A stretch of 64,000 bases of DNA from Reclinomonas americana ATCC 50394 (lineage: Eukaryota), in assembly GCA_048213135.1 (NCBI GenBank), contig PS015489.1:62001-126000 (forward strand). Reading direction: 5' to 3'. The first letter of the stretch is position 1. Every line of letters starts with the position of its first letter. This document shows positions 14,405-26,536 of the stretch, piece by piece. Position numbers and translations under genes: made by a program. The notes under the pieces were generated by a model. That model was not told the origin of the DNA. It did no database searches and saw only the letters and a program-made list of their open reading frames with translations.

Positions 14405-15367
14405 CTATGACGCACTGCCGTGCGCGTGCAGCAAGTGCTCGTACAGCTGCATGGGCCGACGCACGGCCGGACTCTTGCAGCGCATGATTAGGACGAGGGG
14501 AATCACGGAGAACACAATCGCCGCCAGCAACAGCTCCGACCACATGTACGTGCCGCTGTAGCGAACCAACTGCAACACCGGCAGCTGCAGGTACTGCACG
14601 CACGCGGTCAGCAGGTAGGCGCAGCCGACGAGTCTGCCGAAGCTCTTGGGTGCGAATCTGAGGCGACGATGTTCAGTGCCGTGCGCGTGTGGGCGATGCA
14701 AGCGACAAGTCGAGGGGGGCACGCAACAGTTCCGCAAATGCGACAAACATGACGGCGTAGAACTGGCCACGGGCCACCGACACGGTAATGGAGGCCGCCA
14801 CCATGCCCCACATGTGCGGCACGGACATGAAGATACCGTGCAGACCAAGCAAGGCCATCACCTACATCACGTGTGAGTCGAAAAATGAAAAGATGCGCAA
14901 CAACCAACTGTTGCCGCCACACCTCGACTAGCGCCGCAGCAATGCCATAGTATGCCACCAACAGCTCGCTGATAAAGTTCCACACGGCTGTGACGGCAAA
15001 GAGGACGCTAAAGACCTGCAGAAAGACGTGAGGTGCGGGCGAAAATCGCATCTTGGTGGAGTGGGTGGCGCAGGTACCGAGAGCATGAGGCGCTGCTGGC
15101 CGATGTCGTCGGTCAGCACCTCAATGTGGTCGTTGATGGTGGCGAGAGTAAAGTTCTGCACCAGCGTGCCCGACACCGAGTACAGCACAACCACGAGGAA
15201 CTCCCACGAGCACAGCTGCGATACCAACAGAGACATGCCGCTGCCGCCGTCCTTGTCAGCGGCTGCCGGAGCCGTCAGCGCATCGGAGGGTTGTGCGACT
15301 GGCGAACTCGCCAACTCGATCGCCTGTCCTCCTCCTCCTCCCTGCTGATGCTGTGGTGACTGCTGCG

Positions 15368-15401
<34 letters not shown>

Positions 15402-16904
15402 ACGGCGACTTTCACGACGGAGCGACCAGGACGTGGCCGAGTGCATCGCCACATTCGGCATCTCTCGCTTCACGTCGGAGAGCGAGCGAATGCGCGTCAG
15501 CTGTCCAGGTGCCGACATTGGCGACCCCGGTCCACTGCTCCGCGACGACTCCTCGTCCTCGGGCGACACCATCGGGTTGCTGCTGCCGCCCTGCGCGGAA
15601 TTGGAGCTGGCCGGCAGCATGGGCACCGAATCGCTGTCGTCCTCCTCGTCGTCGGAGGTGGGAGTCGGCGCCACTACCGTCACGCCTTGTGGTGGACGGC
15701 GCAGATGATCGCCACTTGCGCCGTCGCTGCCCTCGGTGCTGGCCCACTCCTCCGACACGCGCGGAATGGAGGCCAACAGGCCGCCGAACTCCGGTACGCT
15801 CTTGCCGCGGCAGATTTCGCGCGTGGCCAGCGTCTTGTCGACGGCCTGTGGTGGTGCATCGGCGTGAGAGCCGGTGATCGAGTGCCGTCGAACACTCTGC
15901 ATCTCAATGTCCACCGGCTGCAACTCCACTGCGGTGTCGGCACGGCGTGCGGCCGCATCCGACGACGCCATCCGCTCTCCATCCGTCTCGTCCTCCATGC
16001 GCTCGTACTGACCGGAGCGAACGCGCGCAATGCTCTCGCCGTTCAGCCACCACAGCACATTGAGGAGGATGTGAATGGTGAAGATGCCGCCGGCCCACAC
16101 GTACAGCATCGTGGAGAGGCTGGCGAGCGGCAGCCACGACCAAAACACCAACGCCGTGCCGTATGCAAAGTCGTTGAGCGCCGACGTGATGGAGATGATG
16201 AGGGTGCGACGAGTCGGAAACAAGCCCGCCGCCTGCACGCTGGCGAAGAAGTTGCCGGTGGTGGCCACGGCCACACACGCGAGTGCTAATGGGAGCCATA
16301 GCTGCAGAATGGGGGGACGGAGTGAGCAGTTGTGCACGCAGGGGGAGGAGGCGGGTGAGATGCGCAGCAACCTTGTTGGCCAGCAGCACGAATCCAGTCG
16401 CCTGAAACATGCCGCAGATGAATTCGGTCACCCGCGGACCCCATCGATCCAGCACCGCACCCGTGACAATCGACGACACCATCTGCCACACACACACACA
16501 CACGCAGTCAGAGAGCGACAGAAACCACGCGTGGTGCGCCACGTCGCATCGCACAAACCATCGTCGACACGCCCGTTGCAAAGATGAACGACGATTCCCG
16601 CACATCCAAGTCAAAGCTGCAAGGAGAGCGAGCGAGAACGCATCAGCAGACAGAAGGCAGAAGGCAGGAGGAGGAGGAGGAGGAACAGTCGACTCAACTC
16701 CTCCGTGCGTCGCCACACATCGACCAGGATCGGCCACGCATAAAACACACCACCCGCAAACAACTGCTCCACAAAGATCATCGCCACCAGCAGCTGCGCT
16801 CTCCGTCTCTGCCGCGAGTCCATCCCATCGCCACCTCCGCCTTCACTCATGGTCGTGGAGGCTGGCGATGAGGCCGATGACCACGAGGAATCTTCCGCGT
16901 CCAT
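14405..16904 (-). CDS. MFS transporter, SLC43/FMP42-like, with large central low-complexity loop
   Basis: LLVAMIFVEQLFAGGVFYAWPIL, GAVLDRWGPRVT (MFS motif A), AGLFPTRRTLIISITSALND, RFAPKSFGRLVG; two TM bundles separated by a Q/S-rich loop. Confidence 0.75.
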
Positions 16905-17289
16905 CTCCGTCACTGCTGCACACACGAGCGCGCGCGCGCGGAAAAGGACAACTCCCCGTGTTCGTGTCTTCTGCACGACTCGAACGACCGCCACAAAGCG
17001 GACACTCGCACTCACTCACTCTCTCACACACACGCGTGTGCTAAAGTTGGTCACGAGTGGTGTGTGCGCCGTACAATGGTGACGGATTGATGTGTTTTTC
17101 GGGCTGTCCCGTCGCAAACGTCGCCTCGTTCGCCACGCATGCACGAGCCTCTCTTGGTGGTCTGCAAGGTGCGTATGGCCCGTCCTCCTTCCTAGATGCA
17201 AGATGCCTCTCACGAGCTGAGAAGAAGAGGGTCAAGTGCACTTCGCGCGCGCGCGCGCGACGATCCAGTTTGCAATTGCTCATGATCAG

Positions 17290-17592
17290 CAGCTGCAGGA
17301 AGGCGCGTCGCAGGGTTCTGGTCGCCGGGCACTTTGCACTATACCATGCCTGCTGCAACAGCAGACGCTGTGCATGCTGTGGGACACCTTCTGCTGCTGT
17401 CGTCGAGCAGCGCAGCGATATCGATGGATGCATGCGCAGTCGTCAGGCCAACCGGTACCGTGCCGTGTCAGACGGACTCGTTGAGTACGGAGGAGATTCC
17501 AGTGCTCTCTTTGTGGACGCCGGGCAGGACACCACGTCGGCGGCTTTGAGCTTTGCGTTGTACGACGCCTAGCGCACCCCGACATCATGATC
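17290..17592 (+). pseudogene. Decayed cytochrome P450 fragment (I-helix region)
   Basis: AGQDTTSAALSFALYD resembles the P450 I-helix. LSTEEI just upstream and LAHPDIM just downstream sit in shifted frames. No ExxR or heme-Cys motif was found. Confidence 0.5.
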
Positions 17593-18027
17593 ACCACGGA
17601 CTGTGTGCAAGATATCGATGCATGTGATTCAGCTGTGTGTCCGATCTGATGACCGCTGACTGGACAACAAGCAATATATAAACAAAGCAGGTGCGGTTGC
17701 ACTTTTCCCTCACATTGGCTGCCGTCTCGTCTGTGGGACACCAAGGCCACCTGCTAGCTGCTGCCCATGGATTGCAACAAAATTGGCTTCGCGGCATTTA
17801 TGCTTCGAAGTGTTGCGTTTCGTACTCACGAGGCTTCAAAGTCAACCTTGACCTCCGTGTCCAGTTCGCCGGATTTCTACCCGGCGACTGACACTAAGTT
17901 TAGGCGCCGGCTGACGATAGCTAAAAACCCACCAGATGAGCTCGAGACCTGATTCGAGCGCAAGTACTTGCGGATCCGCAGCGGAGCCAAGACAATTTGC
18001 AGGTGGCAATTGCCAACGACAGCCCAC

Positions 18028-18573
18028 ATGTTGCGTCGACTGATCACGAGATCAGACAGCAATGGCGTTGGCGGTTGGGAGTGCCCCGGCTGCGGAAATC
18101 GTGACTACAACTGGTGCTGCGGATGCAGGCGCCTCGAAAATGGCACATGGCAGCGGTGGGAGTGCCCCGGCTGCGGAAATCGTGACTACAACTGGTGCTG
18201 CGGATGCAGGCGCCTCGAAAATGGCACATGGCAGCGGTGGGAGTGCCCCGGCTGCGGAAATCGTGACTCCAGCTGGTGCTGCGGATGCAGGCGCCTCGAA
18301 AATGGCACATGGCAGCGGTGGGAGTGCCCCGGCTGCGGAAATCGTGACTCCAGCTGGTGCTGCGGATGCAGGCGCCTCGAAAATGGCACATGGCAGCGGT
18401 GGGAGTGCCCCGGCTGCGGTAATCAAGACGAGCACTGGTGTTGCGGGTGTCGGAGGCGAGACGACGGCACATGGGAACGATGGGAGTGTCCATGCTGCGG
18501 TAATCAAGACGAGCACTGGTGTTGCGGATGCCGACAGCTGGAGAACGGAACGTGGGTCCGAGAGGAGGAATGA
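18028..18573 (+). CDS. Cys/Trp-rich tandem-repeat protein (six 27-aa C-x2-C-x7-C-x2-C units); 5' end uncertain
   Basis: Unit WECPGCGNRDYNWCCGCRRLENGTWQR. Divergent copies carry synonymous changes in this frame (tgc/tgt, gga/ggg, aat/aac, aca/acg). Confidence 0.65.
   Translation: MLRRLITRSDSNGVGGWECPGCGNRDYNWCCGCRRLENGTWQRWECPGCGNRDYNWCCGCRRLENGTWQRWECPGCGNRDSSWCCGCRRLENGTWQRWECPGCGNRDSSWCCGCRRLENGTWQRWECPGCGNQDEHWCCGCRRRDDGTWERWECPCCGNQDEHWCCGCRQLENGTWVREEE
18076..18561 (+). repeat. 81-bp tandem repeat, 6 copies
   Basis: Copies start at 18076, 18157, 18238, 18319, 18400 and 18481. Copies 1 and 2 are identical, 3 and 4 are identical, 5 and 6 are diverged. Confidence 0.97.
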
Positions 18574-18731
18574 GACGGATCAACCAAGTATTGGTATCAG
18601 AAGTCCACGCATAACGAGTCTCTCTCTGACAATTCGCAGCAGCGACCACAACTGACCCCAGCATGGCGCAGTGAATGACACTATTACCGTGCACCGCTTT
18701 CCACTTGTACCTCTCGGCCCTCGTGCAGTGA

Positions 18732-19560
18732 TCAAGAGATAGTATCTGTCACATGTGTCATGTCGGCGGTGGTCTCGTCAATGACCCCGATCGCGAGGAC
18801 GGCAGCGCCTGCACCTGCCACAAACACAATCCCCGAGAGCAGCCCCATGGCACCAAAAGAGGTCACTGACGACGTGTGAATCTGCATAACGAGACCACAT
18901 GAATGCACTCGGTGACGCAAGACAGCACATGCATGCTCACGCGCCACCAGTGCCGGATCGATGAGCATGAGTGCTCCCTGGCAGCGGCGCATCGTGTAAG
19001 CGAGCAAGACGACTGTACCCACACACGCACCGACGCACCTGCATGGCGTAGAAGCCTCCGATAACCAGTGCCAGACGCACAGGCGAATACACACCCTCGG
19101 CAGTGAAACCCCACTCGCGGCGCATATGCGCATAGCTTTCGGCATCGCTGAGCACAACAGCAGCAGCAGCAGCAGCGCCTCACCTCTTCTCCTCCGCCTG
19201 CACCACCACCCTACCGTGCCGCACCGTGACCACCGAGCGCGTTACAATGTACAACGCCAGGCGCAGTCCCCACACGCTGAGGTACACGAGAAACGCAAAC
19301 TGCGACGACGACAACACCGACGACAGCGTCGGCGTGTTATCTGTACGCCACGCAGCGGAGGTATGAGACTCAGCAAGCCATGCACCATCACTCTGCCAAC
19401 GCACTTGACGATCCGCTGGTAGTCTCACTGGCCGACACAGCGCTGCCTCGCGAGAACAGAACGCCCACGCGACATCCAACAGTCCATGATTGCGCAATGC
19501 AGTGGCCATCAAAACCGCACCACCAAGCAGCGCCATCTGATACCACGCCGCAGCCGACAT
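18732..19560 (-). pseudogene. DUF1295 / steroid 5-alpha-reductase-like membrane protein, apparently 3'-truncated
   Basis: ALRNHGLLDVAWAF, VYLSVWGLRLALYIVTR, EEKR and AIGVIDETTAD resemble the DUF1295 N-terminal half. The conserved GLWxxSRHPNYFGE half was not found. Confidence 0.5.
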
Positions 19561-20467
19561 GACCGCAGGAGCACGCGAGTGCGCCTGCAAAAGTGAGGAC
19601 GCTGCATATGAAATCAGTCGCTGAGTGACGGAGAAGAGAGAGTGCGTGCGCGTGCGTAACAAAAGAGCACTCCAGCCAAGGTGCACACGCACAGCAGGCA
19701 GGCGACAATGGTGAGGAGAGAGAGCTGAGTGCGCGCGCGTCAGCCATGCACTCTGTCGCTTGTTGTTGTTGTTGTTGTTGTTGTTGACAGAGTTGTCTGC
19801 GCCCTGTGCTTGGTGATCATGGCAACGGGTGGGATGCTCTCGGTGTGACTTTGAGTGATGCTGCCTGCAGAGTGCTTGTGGGACACCTCCTGTCGCTGCG
19901 AGCAGCGATTTCGATGGATTCATCGACACCGACGCGTGCGACGCCGCCACTCAAGATGGGCATTGAGGGCGGCCAACTGCGCCGAGTGGTGGACAGATGC
20001 TGCGTGGAGATCCTGCGGGCGGACTACGCGATGTTCGCTTTCCGCTGTGCTGGTGGAAATCATGATCAGGCTCAAAACCAGAACCAAGCAAACAATCTCC
20101 CACCCGCAGCAGCTGCACCGCAGCCTCAGGGCAACTAGAACCATCGCGTCGCTACTGCGGTCAGCAGCAGGTGGCCTCTCGCACATGCTTCCGAGCCACA
20201 GCGCAGCCAGTCGACGTCGACATTCGGATCCATTTTGACGTGAACGTCGCTGTGGCCATGCACGCCAGCGAGTCGAGTGTGCTTCTACTTGGCATCCCCT
20301 TGACCGGTTGCCTCCACTTGGCAGCACGAGCAACATATCAGGGAGGTGCACTTTGACGTCGCGAGCATTCCTGACAAAGGTTTGCATCGACCACTTTCAT
20401 CGTGTAAGCGCGCGGGTATGCATGCGGGTGTCTTGTGCCTTTCTTCTTCTCTCATGCCTCTCCACTC

Positions 20468-20507
<40 letters not shown>

Positions 20508-20861
20508 TCAGAGTGTATTGCAATGTCGTCGCACGCAGAGGCCATGGATGAGGACGATGGAGAGGTTCATCCTGTGATGGCTGTTGCGTGGAGGAGTGAG
20601 GCGCACAAACACACACAGGCACATGCGTGAGGCAGTGTGACTCACTGTTTGTGTGTGCGTGTGTGTGTGCGTGCAGATTGATGAGGACGATGGTGACATG
20701 CGACAGCTGCTGACATCCAACGGAGATGATGACGATGATGCCGAGGAGGGTGCAAGGTGCGCAGAGTGGGTGGAGGAGAGTGGATAGAGAGATGCATGAA
20801 TGGGACACAGTGAGAGAAGGCATGCAGGAGGGGTGATGCATGAAAGAGAATGCACTGAGAC

Positions 20862-20865
<4 letters not shown>

Positions 20866-20911
<46 letters not shown>

Positions 20912-21031
20912 CGTGTGACGAGTAGCGACGTGCGCGAGTAGGAGGAAGGACGAGTAGACGAAGAAGAACGTAACGAACGAACGAAGAGTACGACGACGTA
21001 ACGAACGAANNNNNNNNNNNNNNNNNNNNGA

Positions 21032-21095
<64 letters not shown>
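20866..21095. repeat. (GA)n microsatellites and short ACGA repeats flanking a 20-N gap
   Basis: Directly visible; N run at about 21010-21029. Confidence 0.95.
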
Positions 21096-21099
<4 letters not shown>

Positions 21100-21307
21100 C
21101 TGTGCGGAATGCATGCGCAGTGAGAAGGCATGCAAGAGATACACGACAGAATGCACGTAGACAGGAATCCATGCGAGATGACGCGAAGACCCTTTTCCTC
21201 CTCTCTCCTCTTCTCCGTGCCTTCCCTCTCTCCACTCTTCACTCACCGTTGCGCACAGCCAAAAAGCGGCGCCGGCACTCGACTTTAGCTTCTCGTCGGA
21301 TGTCTCC

Positions 21308-23815
21308 ATGGCGCCAGCCAAGTTTCGCTGTCCTTGTCTTTCGTTCCTCGTTGTCGAATGATGCCTGACAGCCGTGCGCACAGAGTGTCGAATGGACACG
21401 CTGCTGCTGCTGCGTCAAAGTTGCGTGTGGCCCTTGTCCGTGCATTCACCCGTGTTGGTCTATTCACTGCCTCTTGATGTCGGGCAGTTCAACAGCAACA
21501 GCAGCAGCGCCGTCCTCGTCGATTGCAGCTGTTCTCTCGTGCGTCACAAAGTGCCTCTCTCTTTGCACACACTCTTCTTCTCTCGCTCATGCATGCTGTT
21601 GCAGGCAAGCCATTGGGTCACGAAACGCTGCTGGTTCCTCGGCTTCGCCGACATCGTCGTCGTCGTCGTCGTCGTCATCAACCCGGCAGACTGCGCCCGC
21701 CGCCACCGCCTCGTGAGTTCCCCTCTCGTCTCTGTCGCCTTTCCGTACTCACGTCCTTGATTAACTCGTCGCATTGTGTGCAGTAATGTAAAACCGTCGA
21801 CGGCGACGTCTGCGGCGTCTACGGCATCGTCGTCATCCTCGGGGAGTGGGGCCAAGTCGGCGCCGGCAGCACCAGCCCCCGTCGCGCGAAACGTCGCCGT
21901 CAAGCCCACTGCTACGTCGTACACTCCGTCCACTACCACCACCGCCGCCGCGGCGGCAGCAGCGAGCGCCAGTCCACCGAGCGGCTCCTCACCGGAGCTG
22001 TTCTTCAGCGTGCAACCGGGGCGAGTGTGGGCCGGCTCCATGCAATTCGTGTTCACCAACCACAATTTCAGCAACGACGGAGAGATGTGGGTCGGTGCAG
22101 TACCGCATCCGACACACACCCCGGCATCAAATTCACACGTACAGTTGCGTGCACGCACCGACAAGGATGCAGGGGAAGTGGCGACTTACTCATTGGTTGT
22201 GTTGGCGCAGTCCGACCATTACTTCCGTGTTCAAGTCGCTCCCGGAGCGCTTTGACGTGGTGCTCCAAGTCGGCTTCCCCTTCCAGAACCTTGAAGAACT
22301 GCGGTCACACACGTGTGCGCTGTATCGACCAAAGGCGCGCTCGAATGACTACAATAATGTCACCGGCACAGTCAAGCCCGAGCGAGGCAATTTGCCACAG
22401 GTTTGGATCACCTTTTGTTGTGTGCTGCATCTCTGTCTCTCTCTCGCGTACTCACCCGTGGTGTTTGCCAGTATGCGTTTTGGAGCACGCAAGCAGTGGG
22501 CGTCATCAACGATGTGGCACACTACCTGTGCTTTTTCTCACCAGTGGCGCTGCTTCCGCGCAACGGTTACCGCGAGGATCCATGGTAAAGTCTCGCATGG
22601 CGTTCTCTCTGCTTGCTTGTGGTGCGTGAATGCTCACTGATTGCACGCCCCAGGTTGTACGGAGTGCTGGTGCGAGCAGAACTCGCCATGGCCATGTTTA
22701 GTGGCGCGAGGCGAGTGTGTGAGAGAGGAGCATGTGTTTTGCATATCTGCGGTCGCTAACAGTCCACCTCGTGTCCCGCCAGTTCGACTGTACAGAGCAG
22801 TGTGCAGCCATCGGCTGCTGACTGGCCATCCTCGTTGCGACCGCTTATTCCTTCGCATGCACGCCTTCCAGGTTGCGACTCATTACCTTGCTTGTCAGAT
22901 CCGGCAGCCGAGCGCAAACAACTGCCCCTGCTCCCGTGACACCGGCGACCGCAACCCCACCACCACCGCCGCCACCACCACCGCCGCCACCACCGCCTCC
23001 GCCTCCACCACCGCCTCCACCACCACCGACCTCCTCGTCCTCCTCGTCGTCGTCTTCTGCTGCAGCTGCACCGTCACCTTCTACGGCACCACAGCAACAA
23101 CAGCAGGCGGCGCCAACCGGTCAGACTGCCGCCATTGCCGCCGCCGCTGCTGCTGCCGCCGCTTCTTCCACACAACAACAACAACAACAACAACAACGGT
23201 ATCAGTGGACGCTGTCATCGTGTGCATGCGATTTCTTTTGCCTGACCTCTTGGTGTTACATACAGGAGCATGCCGCCTCCCGCTCATCAGCCTGTCGTCG
23301 CTCAGAAGAGACCTGTGGAGAGCACGACGGCGGCGACAGAGTCGGCGTCCAAGTCGAACGACGACAGCGAGCCTCCGAGGAAACGAGCCGCAACCGCCGC
23401 CACCATGTCGCGGCAGGCGCCGTCCCCCTCGGCCACCGCATCAGCATCGTCGACGGAGTCGCCAGTCGTATCGACAACGTCGTTTGTGCGCATTCGTGTG
23501 ACGGGCGAAGACGATGTGCTGTCGCAACAAAAGGCGCTGTCACTCAACGTGGCAGTCATTGTGCCCATTAGTCCGTCCGACACGTGGCCACGGTTTGCCG
23601 AAAAGGTGCTGGAGCAGGTCCGCGGCGCTCTCATGCGTCGTGACTTGTACTTGTCGTGCCTGTTTGTCGACGAGCCTAGCGAGCGCAGTTTCATTAACCA
23701 GCTGGCTTTCGAGTGCGGTTACCGAGAGGTGCTGCTGCGGAACCCCAGCATCAAGTTGGTAGTTTTCGTCACAGCGGCCGACTGGAGGAGACACGATTCG
23801 TCGGCTGCCGATTAG
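21308..23815 (+). CDS. Hypothetical multi-exon protein with poly-P/S/Q/A low-complexity tracts
   Basis: GT-AG spliced exons, e.g. RFDVVLQVGFPFQNLEELRSHTCALYRPK, YAFWSTQAVGVINDVAHYLCFF, and C-terminal FVRIRVTGEDDVLSQQKALSLNVAVIVPI...SSAAD*. No family recognised; start uncertain. Confidence 0.5.
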
Positions 23816-24097
23816 TCGTCACCGTTCGTTCTACCTTTTTTTCCCCTAGAGGCGAGACAAATGCACGCAATGCCTTTGATACTACTGCAGCTGTTTGTGT
23901 TGTACACATTGTGGTTTCATAACATTGTCATTTTGAGAGAGCAAGGGAGAGGCGAGGGAGGGAAGCAGGAGAAGACAAGAGAGAGACGGCGCGGGCGCGG
24001 TCATTAAACAAAGAGCGCGGTGTGAAATACGAAGAAACAAATCGCTCGACATCCTCCTCCTCGATAGGTATTCACCCTGTTTTTCGTCGTCGCACAT

Positions 24098-25630
24098 TCA
24101 TGTTTCGAGTGGCTCGGCTGGTGGTGGTTGTGGTGCCGACTGCTCGATCGCGAGCAACAGCGCGGCCACGCCCTCATCGTCGAGAGTGTCGAGATCGATG
24201 CAAAACTGCTTCAGTGCGGGGTTGTAGTAGTCCGACAAGACCTACACATTCGCAAAAAGGCGTGAGTACCAGCAGCAATGACCCCTGGCAAAATAAAACC
24301 CCGCCACGCAACATCCAGTGTCTGTCGAATTGCGTCGAGATGCTCCGGACTCTGCGGACCGCGCGACACCTCGGCGTGCAACGAGTGCAAAACACACGTC
24401 GTAAACTGCGGGTTCTGCTCAAACATGGCCCTGATCCTCTCCCGCGCCACCGCATGCAGCCCTCCCATGTCCTGCACCTTGACATAAAATCGTTCCTATT
24501 CCAGAGGGAGGATCAGCCATGGGGGAGGGAGAGGGAGAGGGAGACGGAGAGGGACGATGCACTGCACAGTACCAGATAGCGGAACACTTTGCACGCAAAG
24601 CCAATGGCTCGCTTAAACGCCGACCACAGCGCTCCCAACACCGCCGTGGCATCATCCTGATTCGCCTCCACCTCCATCAGCATGCGCTGCACGTACTCCT
24701 CCAGCCACTCCACGTACTTGCCAAAGAACAGCTTCTCGTACTCCTGATCGATATCCGACTTGACGCACAGGTTGAAGATCCGACTGCGGTCCACAAACAA
24801 CAACAGTCAGAAGACGAAGGGACATCCAAAGCGAGACTGTGGAGGTAGAAGGACGAGGAGGAGGAAGAGAAAGTGAGAGGAGAAGGAGACGGAGAAGAAG
24901 AAGGAGGAGAAGGAGAAGAAGGAGAAGAAGAAGAGGAAGAAGAACAAGAAGGAGGAGAAGGAGGAGAGGGAGAAGAAGGAGAAGAAGAAGAACACCAACA
25001 AGAAGAAGAACATGGAGGAGGAGGAGGAGAAGAAGACCAAGAACAAGAAGAAGAAGAAGAGGAAGAAGAACAAGAAGAAGAAGAAGAAGAAGAACAGGAG
25101 GAGTAGATGAAGAAGAGTGTGTTATATGGTGATTTGACCCGACGAGGAGACAACAATAGTCACAACAAAGATGAATGACGTTCTCAGCTGCGACAGACTA
25201 CCCTTGCACCCATACTTGCAAGAGGTGTATATGTGTGTGCGTGTGTGTGTTCTGTCTCGTGCGTGCGTCACCATCTGTGTGTGTGTGTGCGTGATTGTGT
25301 TCCATACACAGTGACAAGTGATTGACTGATTCCACCACCACCAAATGACTCAACGTATAGACATCACACAGCTCAGTGCCGTGCAAGTTGCGCAGATTGT
25401 GATCCTGCTCAAACTTGCGCAGCGAATGCGCCACGCGGACCCACACATGCTGAACTTGCTCCTCGGGTCCCACCAACCGCAGCTCAGGCTCCACTGTCTT
25501 CTGTCGCATCTCATCCTCCGCGCACCTCTATACTCATATACACATGAGAGTGAGTGAGTGTGTGTGCGAGAAGGAGACTGGACACAATGAGTGTGCGTGC
25601 CTTGCGTTCAGATTTCTTGCGCCTGTCCAT
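24098..25630 (-). CDS. Short protein with only a cullin N-terminal repeat (CACUL1-like)
   Basis: Spliced ELCDVYT|RIFNLCVKSDIDQEYEKLFFGKYVEWLEEYV...LWSAFKRAIGFACKVFRYL|..FYVK resembles cullin repeat 1. The gene stops after about 200 aa. The first intron appears to be GC-AG. Confidence 0.65.
24845..25116. repeat. Purine-rich (GAA/GGA)n low-complexity tract inside an intron
   Basis: About 270 nt that is almost pure G/A on the + strand, within the inferred intron ~24786-25354 of the cullin-like gene. Confidence 0.9.
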
Positions 25631-25796
25631 CTTTTCGCACGCACACGCACAGAGGGAAAGAGAGAGAGCAAGCAAGGCACACACGCACAGACACACACAC
25701 GCGCGCGCTTGTGGCGTGTGCAAGTGCTATTTTGTTAGAGGACGAGGACAAGTCGACTCGCAGTCGGTGTCGTTTTCGCTCGACTTGCTCTTCTTC

Positions 25797-26506
25797 ATGT
25801 CGCGCGGACACTATCACGATCCCAGCGCGCCCACTCAGAACAGTGGTGCGTGTGCCTGTCTTTACACTCCTGACACGCGCGCTCGTGTGTCTGTCTCAGT
25901 GTGTGCGTGTGAGCAACTCACAAGCTCAATAACGGTTCAGGCAACACACTAGGATCGCGCAGCTGTGTGCGCCAAACACGACTGTATCGCCAGTACGAGT
26001 CAGGCAACGCGATCAAGGCACTGCTCGGGCAAGATCACCTGCAATGGGACACCACGCGCAAGCAGGGAGCGCTTTCGGGCCCTGTGTGGGATCACTTGCG
26101 CGATGGGCCAGCCGCACCTCAGCAGCGAACAGTAGCAGCTGCTCCTCCTGCGCCTGTTGCTGCTGCGCCTCCTCCAAAGCCCGCTGCGCGTGTCTCCTCC
26201 ACTGCGCCTCCATGGGCGACTGACGATGAGCCTCCTGCGCCTGTTCCGCGACGCCCCTCTGTGCGCATGGACATTGGCTTCCACGATGAAGAAGCCGATG
26301 ACGATGACGACTATGACACTACTGCAGCTGGACCAGGCGCGATGAGTGTCTCGCGCAGTGTCGCACCTGCGCGATCGGCGCCTGTTCCGCCCCCCTTGAC
26401 GCGCTATCATATCGCGGCCAAGGCCACGGCGACTACGACTGCTGCGTCTGCGGGAAGAGGAGGAGGTGGAGGACGGGCACAGGCACCAGCTGCGCGGAGG
26501 AAGTAG
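25797..26506 (+). CDS. Hypothetical small Pro/Ala-rich protein
   Basis: MSRGHYHDPSAPTQNS, then an intron, then GNTLGSRSCVRQTRLYRQYESGNAIKALLGQDHLQWD...PPWATDD...ARRK*. Confidence 0.5.
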
Positions 26507-26536
26507 TGAGGAGAGGGGAGTTCATTGTAGTGTATC

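Noticed and set aside
18076-18561. CRISPR array
   Set aside because: The repeats are contiguous 81-bp units without unique spacers, they keep a reading frame, and no cas genes are present in this eukaryotic context.
18044-18694. Overlapping ORFs in other frames of the 81-bp repeat
   Set aside because: A unit length divisible by 3 keeps several frames open. Synonymous substitutions favour the Cys/Trp frame.
19817-20138. Possible sulfotransferase-like C-terminal fragment (EILRADYAMFAF)
   Set aside because: The similarity is too short to support a call.
24807-25156. Poly-Glu/poly-Arg/poly-Phe ORFs
   Set aside because: Translations of an intronic simple repeat.
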